NCBI GenBank assembly: GCA_016188545.1
Contig: JACPHO010000001.1
Location: 270,546-334,545 of the forward strand
DNA length: 64,000 nucleotides
Direction: 5' to 3'
Source: Candidatus Shapirobacteria bacterium
GTDB lineage: Bacteria; Patescibacteriota; Microgenomatia; UBA12405
This document shows, one piece after another, positions 9,730-18,764 of the stretch. Within the stretch, counting starts at the first letter, position 1, and each line of letters begins with the position of its first letter. A program made the position numbers and the translations under genes. The notes under the pieces were generated by a model that saw nothing but the letters and a program-made list of their open reading frames with translations, was not told where the DNA came from and did not search any database.

Positions 9730-11532
9730 ATGAACGCCCGTGAATTAAAAAATAAATATATTGAATTTTTTGTCAGTAAGGGACATGTCGAAATTCCTTC
9801 GGCTTCTCTTGTCCCGGAAAACGATCCAACAACTCTTTTTATCTCGGCAGGCATGCATCCCCTAGTACCCTACCTTTTAGGACAACCACACCCTCTTGGG
9901 AAACGAATCACTGATGTCCAAAAATCAGTTAGAACCGGTGATATTGATGAAGTCGGCGACACCTATCATCACACATTTTTTGAGATGCTTGGCAACTGGT
10001 CATTAGGTGATTACTTTAAAAAAGAAGCAATCGAATTTAGTTACGAATTTCTAACCAAGGTCTTATCAATCAATCCAAACAACCTATTCGCGACTTATTT
10101 TGCTGGCAATGAAACAGCTCCAAAGGACGATCTTAGTGCCTCAGTTTGGAAATCGTTAAATATTCCCGACGATAGGGTTGTCCCTTTGACTGACAATTGG
10201 TGGGGCCCTGCTGGTGCCACCGGACCATGCGGTCCAGATTCGGAAATGTTCGTAGACACTCGACCTGAACTACCTCCTGTCGATTTTAAAACCGGAGATA
10301 AACAGGGTCGATATTTGGAAATATGGAACGATGTTTTTATGGAATATAACAAAAAAACGGACAATTCATATCAAAAACTATCACAGCAGAATGTCGATAC
10401 AGGTATGGGTGTCGAAAGGACAGTGGCTGTCTTAAACGGATTTGCTGATGACTACCTCACCAGTATTTGGCAGCCAATAATTAAGAAAATTGAAGAACTC
10501 TCAAAAATGGACTATGGTATTGAAAGTGACGATTTTTACATAAAAGACGACAAACAATGTTGGGTTGATGTCCGTAAATCTATGCGAATTATCGCCGATC
10601 ATATTCGCTCGGCAGTTTTCATTATTGCCGATGATGTTGAACCAGCCAACAAAGAAGCTGGCTATGTCCTCCGCCGCCTAATCCGTCGATCTATCCGCCA
10701 GGGCAAATTAATTGGCATCAATACTAATTTTTGTTCAACTATCGGCCAATCTGTGCTTGGTAACCAAGACAATTATGCTGGAATTTATCCTGAACTTGAT
10801 CAAAATAAGGAAAAAATACTTTCAATTCTCGATAACGAGGAAAATAAGTTTCGCAAAACCCTCGACAGGGGACTAACTGAAATCAACAAATTAATTACTC
10901 GTCAACACAATGTTAGTGGCAAAGAAGCATTTGACCTCTATCAGTCTTACGGCTTTCCTGTCGAGATGGTCGAAGAAGAGCTGTCCAAAAATAAATTGAC
11001 TTTAGATAAAGATGAATTTTTAAAATACAAAGATGAGCATCAGAAACTCTCTCAAACATTATCCTCTGGCAAATTTAAATCTGGTCTCGCCGATCAAAGT
11101 GAAATTATTACCAAGTATCACACCGCCACCCACTTACTCCACGCCTCACTTCGAAAAATTTTAGGAACCCATGTTCAACAATCCGGGTCCAATATAACTA
11201 GTGAACGTTTGCGCTTTGACTTTTCTCATCCTGAAAAATTAACAGACGACCAACTCAAGCAAGTTGAAACCATGGTAAACGAACAGATCAATCGTGATTT
11301 AAAAATCACTTGCGACACCCTACCTTTTATAGAGTCTCAAAAACAAGGAGCGCTGGCTTTTTTTGGATCAAAGTACCCTGAAACTGTCACTATGTACACC
11401 ATGGGAGATTTTTCCAAAGAAGTCTGTACCGGTCCTCATGTAGAACACACTAGTACACTTGGTAAGTTCAAAATCCAAAAAGAAGAATCAGCCTCTGCTG
11501 GTAAGCGTCGCATTTATGCCGTACTCGAATAA
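9730..11532 (+). CDS. alaS: Alanyl-tRNA synthetase, short form (catalytic + editing domains, no C-Ala domain)
   Basis: N-terminal FFVSKGHVEIPSASLVP…FEMLGNWSLGDYFK. Editing-domain HTATHLLH and CTGPHVEHT motifs. The protein ends about 10 aa after the editing core. Confidence 0.85.
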   Translation: MNARELKNKYIEFFVSKGHVEIPSASLVPENDPTTLFISAGMHPLVPYLLGQPHPLGKRITDVQKSVRTGDIDEVGDTYHHTFFEMLGNWSLGDYFKKEAIEFSYEFLTKVLSINPNNLFATYFAGNETAPKDDLSASVWKSLNIPDDRVVPLTDNWWGPAGATGPCGPDSEMFVDTRPELPPVDFKTGDKQGRYLEIWNDVFMEYNKKTDNSYQKLSQQNVDTGMGVERTVAVLNGFADDYLTSIWQPIIKKIEELSKMDYGIESDDFYIKDDKQCWVDVRKSMRIIADHIRSAVFIIADDVEPANKEAGYVLRRLIRRSIRQGKLIGINTNFCSTIGQSVLGNQDNYAGIYPELDQNKEKILSILDNEENKFRKTLDRGLTEINKLITRQHNVSGKEAFDLYQSYGFPVEMVEEELSKNKLTLDKDEFLKYKDEHQKLSQTLSSGKFKSGLADQSEIITKYHTATHLLHASLRKILGTHVQQSGSNITSERLRFDFSHPEKLTDDQLKQVETMVNEQINRDLKITCDTLPFIESQKQGALAFFGSKYPETVTMYTMGDFSKEVCTGPHVEHTSTLGKFKIQKEESASAGKRRIYAVLE

Positions 11533-11603
11533 AGAATCTTTATAATGACTGTCTATGCTCCAAAGTAGGCGACTACGAGTGATTTTGTAGTATTCTTATA
11601 TTG

Positions 11604-13775
11604 ATGAATAGTGGTCCTTTTTGGTTAGCCAATATTAGCTCCGAGTCACTTACTGTCTCCTTAATTACATTCGAGCAGAGTTACCGAGTATCTTCAACTG
11701 GTCCAGAAATACCATTTGAACTTAGCCCCAGACATTTTTCCGAAGCGGTTGATCAATCCCTCTCGGCAGCGGCCGAATCGGCCAATCTTGATCCGGATCA
11801 AGAGCCCGACACTATCGCTCTAGTGATTCCGCCGTCTTGGATTGGAATTGACGGTAAAATTTTATCCGATAAACTTAAGCTGTTTGAAGAATTGTTCCGG
11901 GAAATGAAACTTCGTCCCATGGGGTTCATAAGTTATGACGATGCTATTGCTGAAGCCAACAATCAGATAGAAGGCTATCTATCTAGCTTCGTGCTAGTCA
12001 ATTTCCAGCGCGAAGAAATGTATGTGTCACTTATCTATTTGGGTAAGGTGATTGAACGAATTGGAAAAACTATTGTCGGAGAATTCGGCTCAGTCCTTCT
12101 TGAAAACGCATTGCTTGAACTAAAAACAGAATCAACTCTACCTCCACAAATTATCATTACTGGGTCCTACAACGACAACATTCTCAGTAGCATCAAAGCA
12201 CATGCTTGGGTTGGTAGAAAAGATGTCGAAACCTTCCTCCATTTTCCCGATATTAAATCGCATAGCCCTGCGGAATTAACCAGTATTTTTCTTCAAGCTG
12301 TCAGCTCCCAGTTTGATAATTCTCCTTCTTCTACACCTCGTCCTAAAGTCGAACCAGAAGTTGAGGCTACTGTCCCTGTTGGTGAGACCGAAATTATTGA
12401 ACCTGAAGAAGTAATCGTTTCTGAAGAAGTTGCCAATTCTGAACCATATGGAGACGCCGATCTAGTTGAGGTAGACCCAGAAGATATTGGTTTTGCCCCG
12501 ATGGACGATAATTTTTCTCCGGTCGTAGACAGTCCCCAAGCTGTCATTCCCCCAGAACTGGAAGCAGTTCCTATGACTTCAAACATCCCCATAGCTACTA
12601 CCAAGCCAAAAATAAAAATAAATTTTCCCAAAATTAAATTCAGCGCTCCAGCACTGCCAAAACTTCAGTCGAAGACATTGTTGATTCTATTGATGTTCTC
12701 ACCACTTTTAGTTCTAATTCCATTTTTTTATTCAAAAGCGGAGATTACCTTATTCCTCACACCATATAACTTTCAAAAAACCATAACTGCCACTTTTGAC
12801 CCGACAGTCACCGAGGTTGATCTGGGTAAGGGAGTCTTTCCATCACTTAGTTCTGTCAAAGAATTGACTACTTCAGTAACTGTACCCACAACAGGTCAAA
12901 AAACCATCGGTGATCGATCAACTGGCGAAATAGTAATTTATAACAAGTCTGACAAGCCACTTAATCTAAGTAAGGGATCAATATTAAGTGACCAAGGAGC
13001 GCACAAGTTTGAACTCGAAACAGCGATCCAAGTTGCCTCTAGTAGTTCAAATTTTGCTCTAGGGGTGATCAATTTAGGTCAAACTAAAGCCATGATCAAA
13101 GCTGCTGATATCGGACCTGAATTTAACATCGAAAAAGATGTTATGTTGACCTTCAAAGATAACCCAGAAACAACAGTCATTGCCAAAGTTAACTCAACTT
13201 TAGGTGGTGGTAATCGTCGTCAAATAAGGGCTGTGAGTGGTGCTGACAAAACTTCTCTGGACTCAAGGCTTGCTTCAGCAATTGATGCTACTACAGACAA
13301 ATATCTCCAAAGCTCTATTTCCAAAATCCCCAACAGCATCCCTGAGCTGACTCAGACAAAAAAGGGAAGAGTCGAATACAATCGTGAAATCGGTGAAGAA
13401 GCAGACGAGCTTGTCGCTACAGTAACCACGACCATTACCACTTTCTCTCTTAACGACACTCATAAATCCAAGATAATTAATGCATTATTTGCAACAGATC
13501 CTGATTTTGGTAACGTCGTTTCCAACTACGACCAATTCTCCCTAACCATCCAGTCAAAAAACCAAGCCACTTTCGCGGTTCGTTACTTACCTAAAATTGA
13601 CAAAACATCCATCGCCAAGATGATTTCAGGCAAAAGTCAAAAGACAGCCACTTCTCTTATCAAAAAAAATGTCAGGAGAGTCTATAATTATCAGATTGCA
13701 ACAAATCTAAAAGCCATATCTTTTTTCAATCCTCTACCACTTCGGACAGAGAATATTATTATTAATATCAAGTAA
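11604..13775 (+). CDS. Large bitopic membrane protein. The cytoplasmic N-domain is possibly PilM/FtsA-like. It has an acidic P/E-rich linker, one TM helix, and a ~350-aa extracytoplasmic domain.
   Basis: TM LLILLMFSPLLVLIPFFY at about aa 355. The N-domain pattern (IPPSW…LKLRPMGFISYDDAIAEA) weakly resembles PilM. No LPXTG motif. Confidence 0.45.
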   Translation: MNSGPFWLANISSESLTVSLITFEQSYRVSSTGPEIPFELSPRHFSEAVDQSLSAAAESANLDPDQEPDTIALVIPPSWIGIDGKILSDKLKLFEELFREMKLRPMGFISYDDAIAEANNQIEGYLSSFVLVNFQREEMYVSLIYLGKVIERIGKTIVGEFGSVLLENALLELKTESTLPPQIIITGSYNDNILSSIKAHAWVGRKDVETFLHFPDIKSHSPAELTSIFLQAVSSQFDNSPSSTPRPKVEPEVEATVPVGETEIIEPEEVIVSEEVANSEPYGDADLVEVDPEDIGFAPMDDNFSPVVDSPQAVIPPELEAVPMTSNIPIATTKPKIKINFPKIKFSAPALPKLQSKTLLILLMFSPLLVLIPFFYSKAEITLFLTPYNFQKTITATFDPTVTEVDLGKGVFPSLSSVKELTTSVTVPTTGQKTIGDRSTGEIVIYNKSDKPLNLSKGSILSDQGAHKFELETAIQVASSSSNFALGVINLGQTKAMIKAADIGPEFNIEKDVMLTFKDNPETTVIAKVNSTLGGGNRRQIRAVSGADKTSLDSRLASAIDATTDKYLQSSISKIPNSIPELTQTKKGRVEYNREIGEEADELVATVTTTITTFSLNDTHKSKIINALFATDPDFGNVVSNYDQFSLTIQSKNQATFAVRYLPKIDKTSIAKMISGKSQKTATSLIKKNVRRVYNYQIATNLKAISFFNPLPLRTENIIINIK

Positions 13776-13777
13776 CT

Positions 13778-14536
13778 GTGGGTTATATCTATATAAAGAA
13801 AGACGAAAACCCACCACATCCCAAAAGGTCAGTCTCGCTATCATCGATGACTCATCGACAAAGGAAGGTTATTGCCGGTGTTTTCTTTGCACTAGGGCTA
13901 TTCCTCTTTTCATCTGCTGTACTCCCAATCGTTCAGTTTCAGTTCGAGTACTCCACAAAGTTCGGACAAATAATCAATCCACTTTCTTCGCGTTTTTACA
14001 ACAATTCCGGTGGCGTCCTTGGAGATGTCAGTTCAGCCGACTATACACAATTGAGCAATTGGTTTGTCGCTGACAATCATACAGATGTTAAACCAGTACT
14101 GGCTGCTGATAACTCCCGCACCCAGGGGTCGTATAAAATCTCAATTCCCAAGCTAAAAATCCAAGACGCAGTTGTCGAGATTGGTAGTATGGATCTCAAG
14201 AAAAGTCTGATCCAGTACCCCCAGACATCCCTTCCAGGTCAACTTGGAAATGGAGTAGTTTTTGGACATTCAGTTCTTCCTCAGTTTTTTAATCCAAAAT
14301 CTTACCTAACCATATTTTCTACTCTATATAGGCTTAAGCAGGGAGACGAGATATTTATAGATTATGACAATATCCGTTATCGGTATCTAATTGAAGAAAT
14401 GTACGAAGTTCAACCCACAGACCTGTCAGTCCTAGAACAAAGATTTGACGGTCGGTACTTTACCTTTATTACCTGTAGCCCACCAGGGACTTACCTTCGC
14501 CGCTTAGTTGTTCGTACTCGAATTGTTAACCTATGA
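13778..14536 (+). CDS. Sortase (class E/F-like transpeptidase)
   Basis: N-terminal TM anchor. Catalytic His (VVFGHS), TLXTC-type Cys motif FTFITCSPPGT, and conserved Arg (RRLVVRTR). The true start is probably the ATG at 13847. Confidence 0.7.
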   Translation: MGYIYIKKDENPPHPKRSVSLSSMTHRQRKVIAGVFFALGLFLFSSAVLPIVQFQFEYSTKFGQIINPLSSRFYNNSGGVLGDVSSADYTQLSNWFVADNHTDVKPVLAADNSRTQGSYKISIPKLKIQDAVVEIGSMDLKKSLIQYPQTSLPGQLGNGVVFGHSVLPQFFNPKSYLTIFSTLYRLKQGDEIFIDYDNIRYRYLIEEMYEVQPTDLSVLEQRFDGRYFTFITCSPPGTYLRRLVVRTRIVNL

Positions 14537-14910
14537 ACTTCCTTGGAATTGATTATGGTACCAAGCATATAGGCCTAGCGTTAGCCGTCTCCGAAATTAT
14601 CAACACTATTCCATCAATTGAAAATAACTCGGAATCTGTTGACAAAATTAATAAAATATTAATTGAAAACCGTGTGGATAAAATTTTTGTAGGGCTTAGT
14701 GTTGGCAGGGTAGCTCAAAAGACTTTGGAGTTTATTAAGAGCCTCCGTTCCGTGATAAAATTACCTATTGAGACTGTTGAAGAATCAGTTTCAACGATCG
14801 AGGCAGCAGAGATCTACAAACGCAATCTTCGTTCGAAGAAATTTTATAAGAAGCAGATCGATTCCATCGCTGCTGCAGTAATTTTAAATCGAGTTATTAG
14901 TTCAAATTAA
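14533..14910 (+). CDS. ruvX: Holliday junction resolvase-like YqgF/RuvX (pre-16S rRNA nuclease)
   Basis: MNFLGIDYGTKHIGLALA N-terminal RNase H-like motif, about 125 aa. ATGA overlap with the sortase gene. Confidence 0.65.
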   Translation: MNFLGIDYGTKHIGLALAVSEIINTIPSIENNSESVDKINKILIENRVDKIFVGLSVGRVAQKTLEFIKSLRSVIKLPIETVEESVSTIEAAEIYKRNLRSKKFYKKQIDSIAAAVILNRVISSN

Positions 14911-14916
14911 TTAAAG

Positions 14917-15117
14917 ATGTTCAAAAACCTAATCTCCCCCATCCAGGCGTGGTTACTTTCTCAGGGAAGATGTGTTGGTTGTGGTGAGTCACTCTCCACT
15001 GGAAAAACTACAGTTGTCAAACAAAAAGATATTGTATCTTGTCGTTGCGGACGTATGTTTGTCCATGATGTCAAACAAAATAGTTATCGACGGGCACTCT
15101 TCGATGAGATCGGATGA
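14917..15117 (+). CDS. Small zinc-ribbon protein
   Basis: CVGCG…CRCG four-Cys arrangement, 66 aa. ATGA-coupled to the downstream gene. Confidence 0.35.
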   Translation: MFKNLISPIQAWLLSQGRCVGCGESLSTGKTTVVKQKDIVSCRCGRMFVHDVKQNSYRRALFDEIG

Positions 15118-16031
15118 AAAAACTTGTTGTCTCCATTCTCTTTGCGTTTGTTTTAGTCTTAGTTTCGGCATATATTTACATAAGTAATGGTCTGAAGCCT
15201 GTATCTACCACGGCTGAAACTAAACAGTTTGTTATAAATCCAGGTGATAGTACCAGTATCATTGCCGCGCGCCTCCAAAAAAATCAGTTGGTCCGTAATA
15301 AAAACGTCTTCATGTTGATGGCCTACTATCTGAAACTAAATAACCAGCTCCAGTCAGGTCTTTTTAAACTATCTCCCTCAATGTCGGCCGAAGAAGTTGC
15401 TAAGACTCTAAGTAGCGGTGGAAGTCATGATTATTGGCTCAAGATAATCGATGGCCAAAGAATTGCTGAAATTGTCCCCACTTTCGACCCTACTTTGGAA
15501 GGTTATATCTTTCCCGACAGTTACCTAATTCCCCAAGATTATAGTGACGACCAAATTCTTTCTATAATTTCCTCAAACTTCCAAAAAAAATACCAGCAAG
15601 CTGCCCAGGGTTCTTCTGTAACACTCTCCGAAAAAGAAGCCGTTATTTTGGCTTCTCTTATCGAACGTGAAGCCAGAACTTTAGTCTCAAAACAAATGGT
15701 TTCTGGCATTTTACACAATCGATTGGAAGCCAATATGGCTCTCCAAATTGATGCCACGGCCCAATACATCCGCGATTCCCGTCAAAAACCGGAAAAATAT
15801 TGGCTTCCCGCTACCAAAAATGATCTGGATGCAGTTTCACCATATAATACTTATCTCCACCCAGGTTTGCCCCCCGGTCCCATCTGTAACCCAGGTTATG
15901 ATTCCCTTTATGCAGCTCTCCACCCAACAGCTTCTGATTATGTCTACTACATCACCGGTAACGACAACAAAATGCACTACGCCAAGACCCTCGACGAACA
16001 CAATCAAAATATTGATTTATATCTAAAGTAA
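15114..16031 (+). CDS. mltG: Endolytic murein transglycosylase MltG (YceG family)
   Basis: N-terminal TM, YceG-like domain architecture, about 300 aa. Confidence 0.6.
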   Translation: MKKLVVSILFAFVLVLVSAYIYISNGLKPVSTTAETKQFVINPGDSTSIIAARLQKNQLVRNKNVFMLMAYYLKLNNQLQSGLFKLSPSMSAEEVAKTLSSGGSHDYWLKIIDGQRIAEIVPTFDPTLEGYIFPDSYLIPQDYSDDQILSIISSNFQKKYQQAAQGSSVTLSEKEAVILASLIEREARTLVSKQMVSGILHNRLEANMALQIDATAQYIRDSRQKPEKYWLPATKNDLDAVSPYNTYLHPGLPPGPICNPGYDSLYAALHPTASDYVYYITGNDNKMHYAKTLDEHNQNIDLYLK

Positions 16032-16034
16032 GGG

Positions 16035-17105
16035 TTATTTTGACTTATTGTTAACCAGGTCGTTAAGTCTATTCCATCTCTCTTTCTTAACTTTCCAGGG
16101 CACATCATCAGCAAATAATTTGGCTGATACTGTTCCAGTTCTTGGTGAGTATTTATTTAGATAAGCGATATCAAAACCTACTTTTTTGCAAACATCTACC
16201 GTATCTTCAAACATTTCCTCAGTTTCACCTGAAAACCCAATAATCACATCTGTCGAAAACTTTACCTCTGGTACATTTTTCTTAATTTTTGCTACTAAAT
16301 CAAGATACTCTTGTTTTGTATAACTTCGATTCATTTTTTTTAGGATTTCATTGTTTCCTGACTGGAAGGGGAGATGGATCAATCGGTCGATATTTTCATA
16401 CTTAGCAATTACATCTATTAGCTCGTCAGAAAAGTCCCAAGGGTTGCTACTAATAAAAGATATTTTCTTTAAGTTTTTCTTGGCAACTAACTCAAGTAAG
16501 GTAGGGAACAAACTCTTAATTCTCTTTTTGCCCATATGCACCCAACTATCTCCTCCAAAATCACTGCCATAACTGTTTACATTCTGTCCAATTAGCACTA
16601 CCTCAGAAAATCCAGTCTCAATTGCCCTGTCAATTTCTGCCAATACATCAGCCATAGTTCTAGAGCGCTCCTTGCCTCTGGCTTTTGGCACAATGCAAAA
16701 TGAGCAGTGATTATCGCAGCCGGTACTAATCGACACCAAAGCCGCCCCTCTCTTTTCTCTGATTGGATCCCAAACCAAAAATTTGTCAATTTTTACCCAT
16801 TCATCAACTCCTTTGATATCTTTTTGCCCATAAGCACCAACCGCACAACCAGTAATCACTATTCGAGGTGTCTTTTTTTTATTTTTTACTTTTAACTTTT
16901 GAATTTTATTTACCAACCCCCAAGCTCGGTTCTCAGCACTTTCTCGGACTATGCACGTGTTAATTACCACCTCATCTGCTTCACTTAGAATGTCAGTATT
17001 TTTCCAGCCTTTTTCCCAATAAAATGCCTTGATCCGCTCAGAATCCGCCATGTTTTGGGAACACCCAAAAGTCTTGATATATACAGATTTATTCTTTGGA
17101 GACAT
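16035..17105 (-). CDS. Radical-SAM methylthiotransferase, MiaB/RimO family (no TRAM domain)
   Basis: MTTase N-domain KTFGCSQNMADSE. Radical-SAM CxxxCxxC (STGCDNHCSFCIVP). 356 aa. Confidence 0.7.
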   Translation of the reverse strand: MSPKNKSVYIKTFGCSQNMADSERIKAFYWEKGWKNTDILSEADEVVINTCIVRESAENRAWGLVNKIQKLKVKNKKKTPRIVITGCAVGAYGQKDIKGVDEWVKIDKFLVWDPIREKRGAALVSISTGCDNHCSFCIVPKARGKERSRTMADVLAEIDRAIETGFSEVVLIGQNVNSYGSDFGGDSWVHMGKKRIKSLFPTLLELVAKKNLKKISFISSNPWDFSDELIDVIAKYENIDRLIHLPFQSGNNEILKKMNRSYTKQEYLDLVAKIKKNVPEVKFSTDVIIGFSGETEEMFEDTVDVCKKVGFDIAYLNKYSPRTGTVSAKLFADDVPWKVKKERWNRLNDLVNNKSK

Positions 17106-17580
17106 TAAGGATCATTTTACCACCCCAACTCAAACCTGCCACACCTGTTATAAATAATAGAATTGTCGGTAAGCTTGTACCTACTGTCGGTAAAGTCTCA
17201 GAGCTACCGTTTTGTACCGAGTCCCAATTCACATTTCCATTTCCAATAGTAAGAGTAAATTTAATTGTTGACCCATCACTCGTGATAGTAATTTGATGAT
17301 CACCATCTGATAGTGGTTCTTGTGCAGCAAAATTCCAATTTCCTGAAGAATCTGCATTTATCTCAAGTGCACTTCCATCAATATCAAAAACTACTGCAGC
17401 TCCCGGCATTGCCTCGCCTGAAAAAACTGGTTTCGAGCTGCTGTACCACCAGTGTGAAATCTGTCTCCCGCCAGTGTCTGCATTACCAATTAATTTTAAA
17501 TGAAATCCTGAAGCAAAGGCTACACTAGTCGAAGTAAGAAGCATTACCAAAGTCAAAACGATCGTCCCAAATTTTGTCAT
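17089..17580 (-). CDS. Secreted/cell-surface protein with signal peptide and C-terminal hydrophobic anchor plus basic tail
   Basis: MTKFGTIVLTLVMLLTSTSVAFASG signal. C-terminus …ETLPTVGTSLPTILLFITGVAGLSWGGKMILNVSKE. ATG at 17580 preferred over TTG at 17598. Confidence 0.45.
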   Translation of the reverse strand: MTKFGTIVLTLVMLLTSTSVAFASGFHLKLIGNADTGGRQISHWWYSSSKPVFSGEAMPGAAVVFDIDGSALEINADSSGNWNFAAQEPLSDGDHQITITSDGSTIKFTLTIGNGNVNWDSVQNGSSETLPTVGTSLPTILLFITGVAGLSWGGKMILNVSKE

Positions 17581-17614
17581 TATAAAAATATAACACAAAT
17601 TTGACAGTCGCTGG

Positions 17615-18625
17615 ATGAAGTGCGATTATTTATCTATGGATCAAACGCAAAAACCACTCAACGACCAAGTTACAGAAAATACCGATCTCTCAAAACAATA
17701 TCAAGATATACTAAACCAGTATTCAAAGGAGCTCCAATCAAAGCAAACCGATACAGAAACCACTCCCACAGAAACCACCTCAGAGTCTATTCAAACTTCA
17801 CCAGTCCTCGATCCTCTTGCTCAAATATCAACTGCTGTCACCTCACCAGAACCAACACCAGTAGCTCCATTAGAACCAGCACCAGCCACTCCACCAGTTG
17901 AACCACCTGTGGTCACCTCGTTACCACCCATGCCCAGCTCCTTACCGCCAGTTATTACCGGTCTAGCACCGATCTCCAAACCATCGAAAAATATCTTCAA
18001 ATACTTCTTTTTTGTATCACTACTAGTATTTTTAGGAATTTTTGGAATGATTATCTACACTGTTCTTAATGCTGCCGCCAACCCCACCAGAATAGTAGTT
18101 GGAGATAACATTCCCACAGCTGAGCCAACCAACCCATCTGATACTGGTAAGTTCTGTGAAACTAATGACAAAAAAATTCCCTCTGGAGAGACATTTCCTT
18201 CAGCGGATGGTTGCAATACCTGTACCTGTGGCGATGACCTAACCATATCCTGTACTGAAAAAGACTGTTCTGGAAAAGAGTCAACTGATAGTGCCTCATC
18301 GTCAGTTGTACCAACAGAGAAAGACGAGGTAAATGTTAGTGATCCAATTAAAACCGTCACCGAATCAATTAATTCCCAGTTAAAAACTACCTACAAACCC
18401 ACTACTTTAGATAAGGGCAAGAGGTGGTCAGTCGATCTTAGTAAATCAAGTAGTAAAGAAAACATTACTCTTATTAAGAAAGCCGTCACTGATTATGGAC
18501 TTGGTTTTCAAGAAGATCTCTCAGGTGAAGCCGGAGCCGACTGGAAAGAGACTTATGTGAAATCTGCAGATACTTGCACTCTCGAAATGATGCAGGGAGT
18601 GTTGACACTTTCGTGTTTTAACTAA
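17615..18625 (+). CDS. Bitopic membrane protein with P/T-rich N-region and extracellular Cys-rich (TIL/EB-like) domain
   Basis: TM FKYFFFVSLLVFLGIFGMIIYTVL. Cys cluster CETND…CNTCTCGDDLTISCTEKDC. Confidence 0.45.
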   Translation: MKCDYLSMDQTQKPLNDQVTENTDLSKQYQDILNQYSKELQSKQTDTETTPTETTSESIQTSPVLDPLAQISTAVTSPEPTPVAPLEPAPATPPVEPPVVTSLPPMPSSLPPVITGLAPISKPSKNIFKYFFFVSLLVFLGIFGMIIYTVLNAAANPTRIVVGDNIPTAEPTNPSDTGKFCETNDKKIPSGETFPSADGCNTCTCGDDLTISCTEKDCSGKESTDSASSSVVPTEKDEVNVSDPIKTVTESINSQLKTTYKPTTLDKGKRWSVDLSKSSSKENITLIKKAVTDYGLGFQEDLSGEAGADWKETYVKSADTCTLEMMQGVLTLSCFN

Positions 18626-18650
18626 AATTATTGTATAGCAAATCATCTTA

Positions 18651-18679
18651 TTGCTTAGGTAAAAAAATACGTATATAAT
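18651..18679 (+). promoter_or_regulatory. Sigma70-like promoter (TTGCTT-17 bp-TATAAT) upstream of rpoB
   Basis: -35 at 18651-18656, 17-nt spacer, perfect -10 at 18674-18679. Confidence 0.45.
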
Positions 18680-18720
18680 GGGGATCATTCGGCGAGCGGT
18701 TGGAACATAACTCGTCCCTT

Positions 18721-18744
18721 GCCTGCCGGCAGGCAGGTTTTTTT
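18721..18744 (+). terminator. Terminator-like hairpin plus U-tract in rpoB leader (candidate attenuator)
   Basis: GCCTGCCGGCAGGC palindrome followed by TTTTTTT. Lies 20 nt upstream of the rpoB ATG and downstream of the promoter. Confidence 0.4.
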
Positions 18745-18764
18745 AGCAGTTAAAACATTTTCTG

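Noticed and set aside
13700-13775. C-terminus …PLPLRTENIIINIK of the 724-aa protein as an LPXTG sorting signal for the adjacent sortase
   Set aside because: No G at position 5 and no following hydrophobic segment or basic tail.
16865-16925. Stretch resembling the ACTTTTAACTTTT intergenic motif (ttttacttttaacttttgaatttt)
   Set aside because: It lies inside the MiaB-like coding sequence on the minus strand, where it encodes a Lys-rich segment (…KVKNKKKTPR…). It is not an intergenic element.
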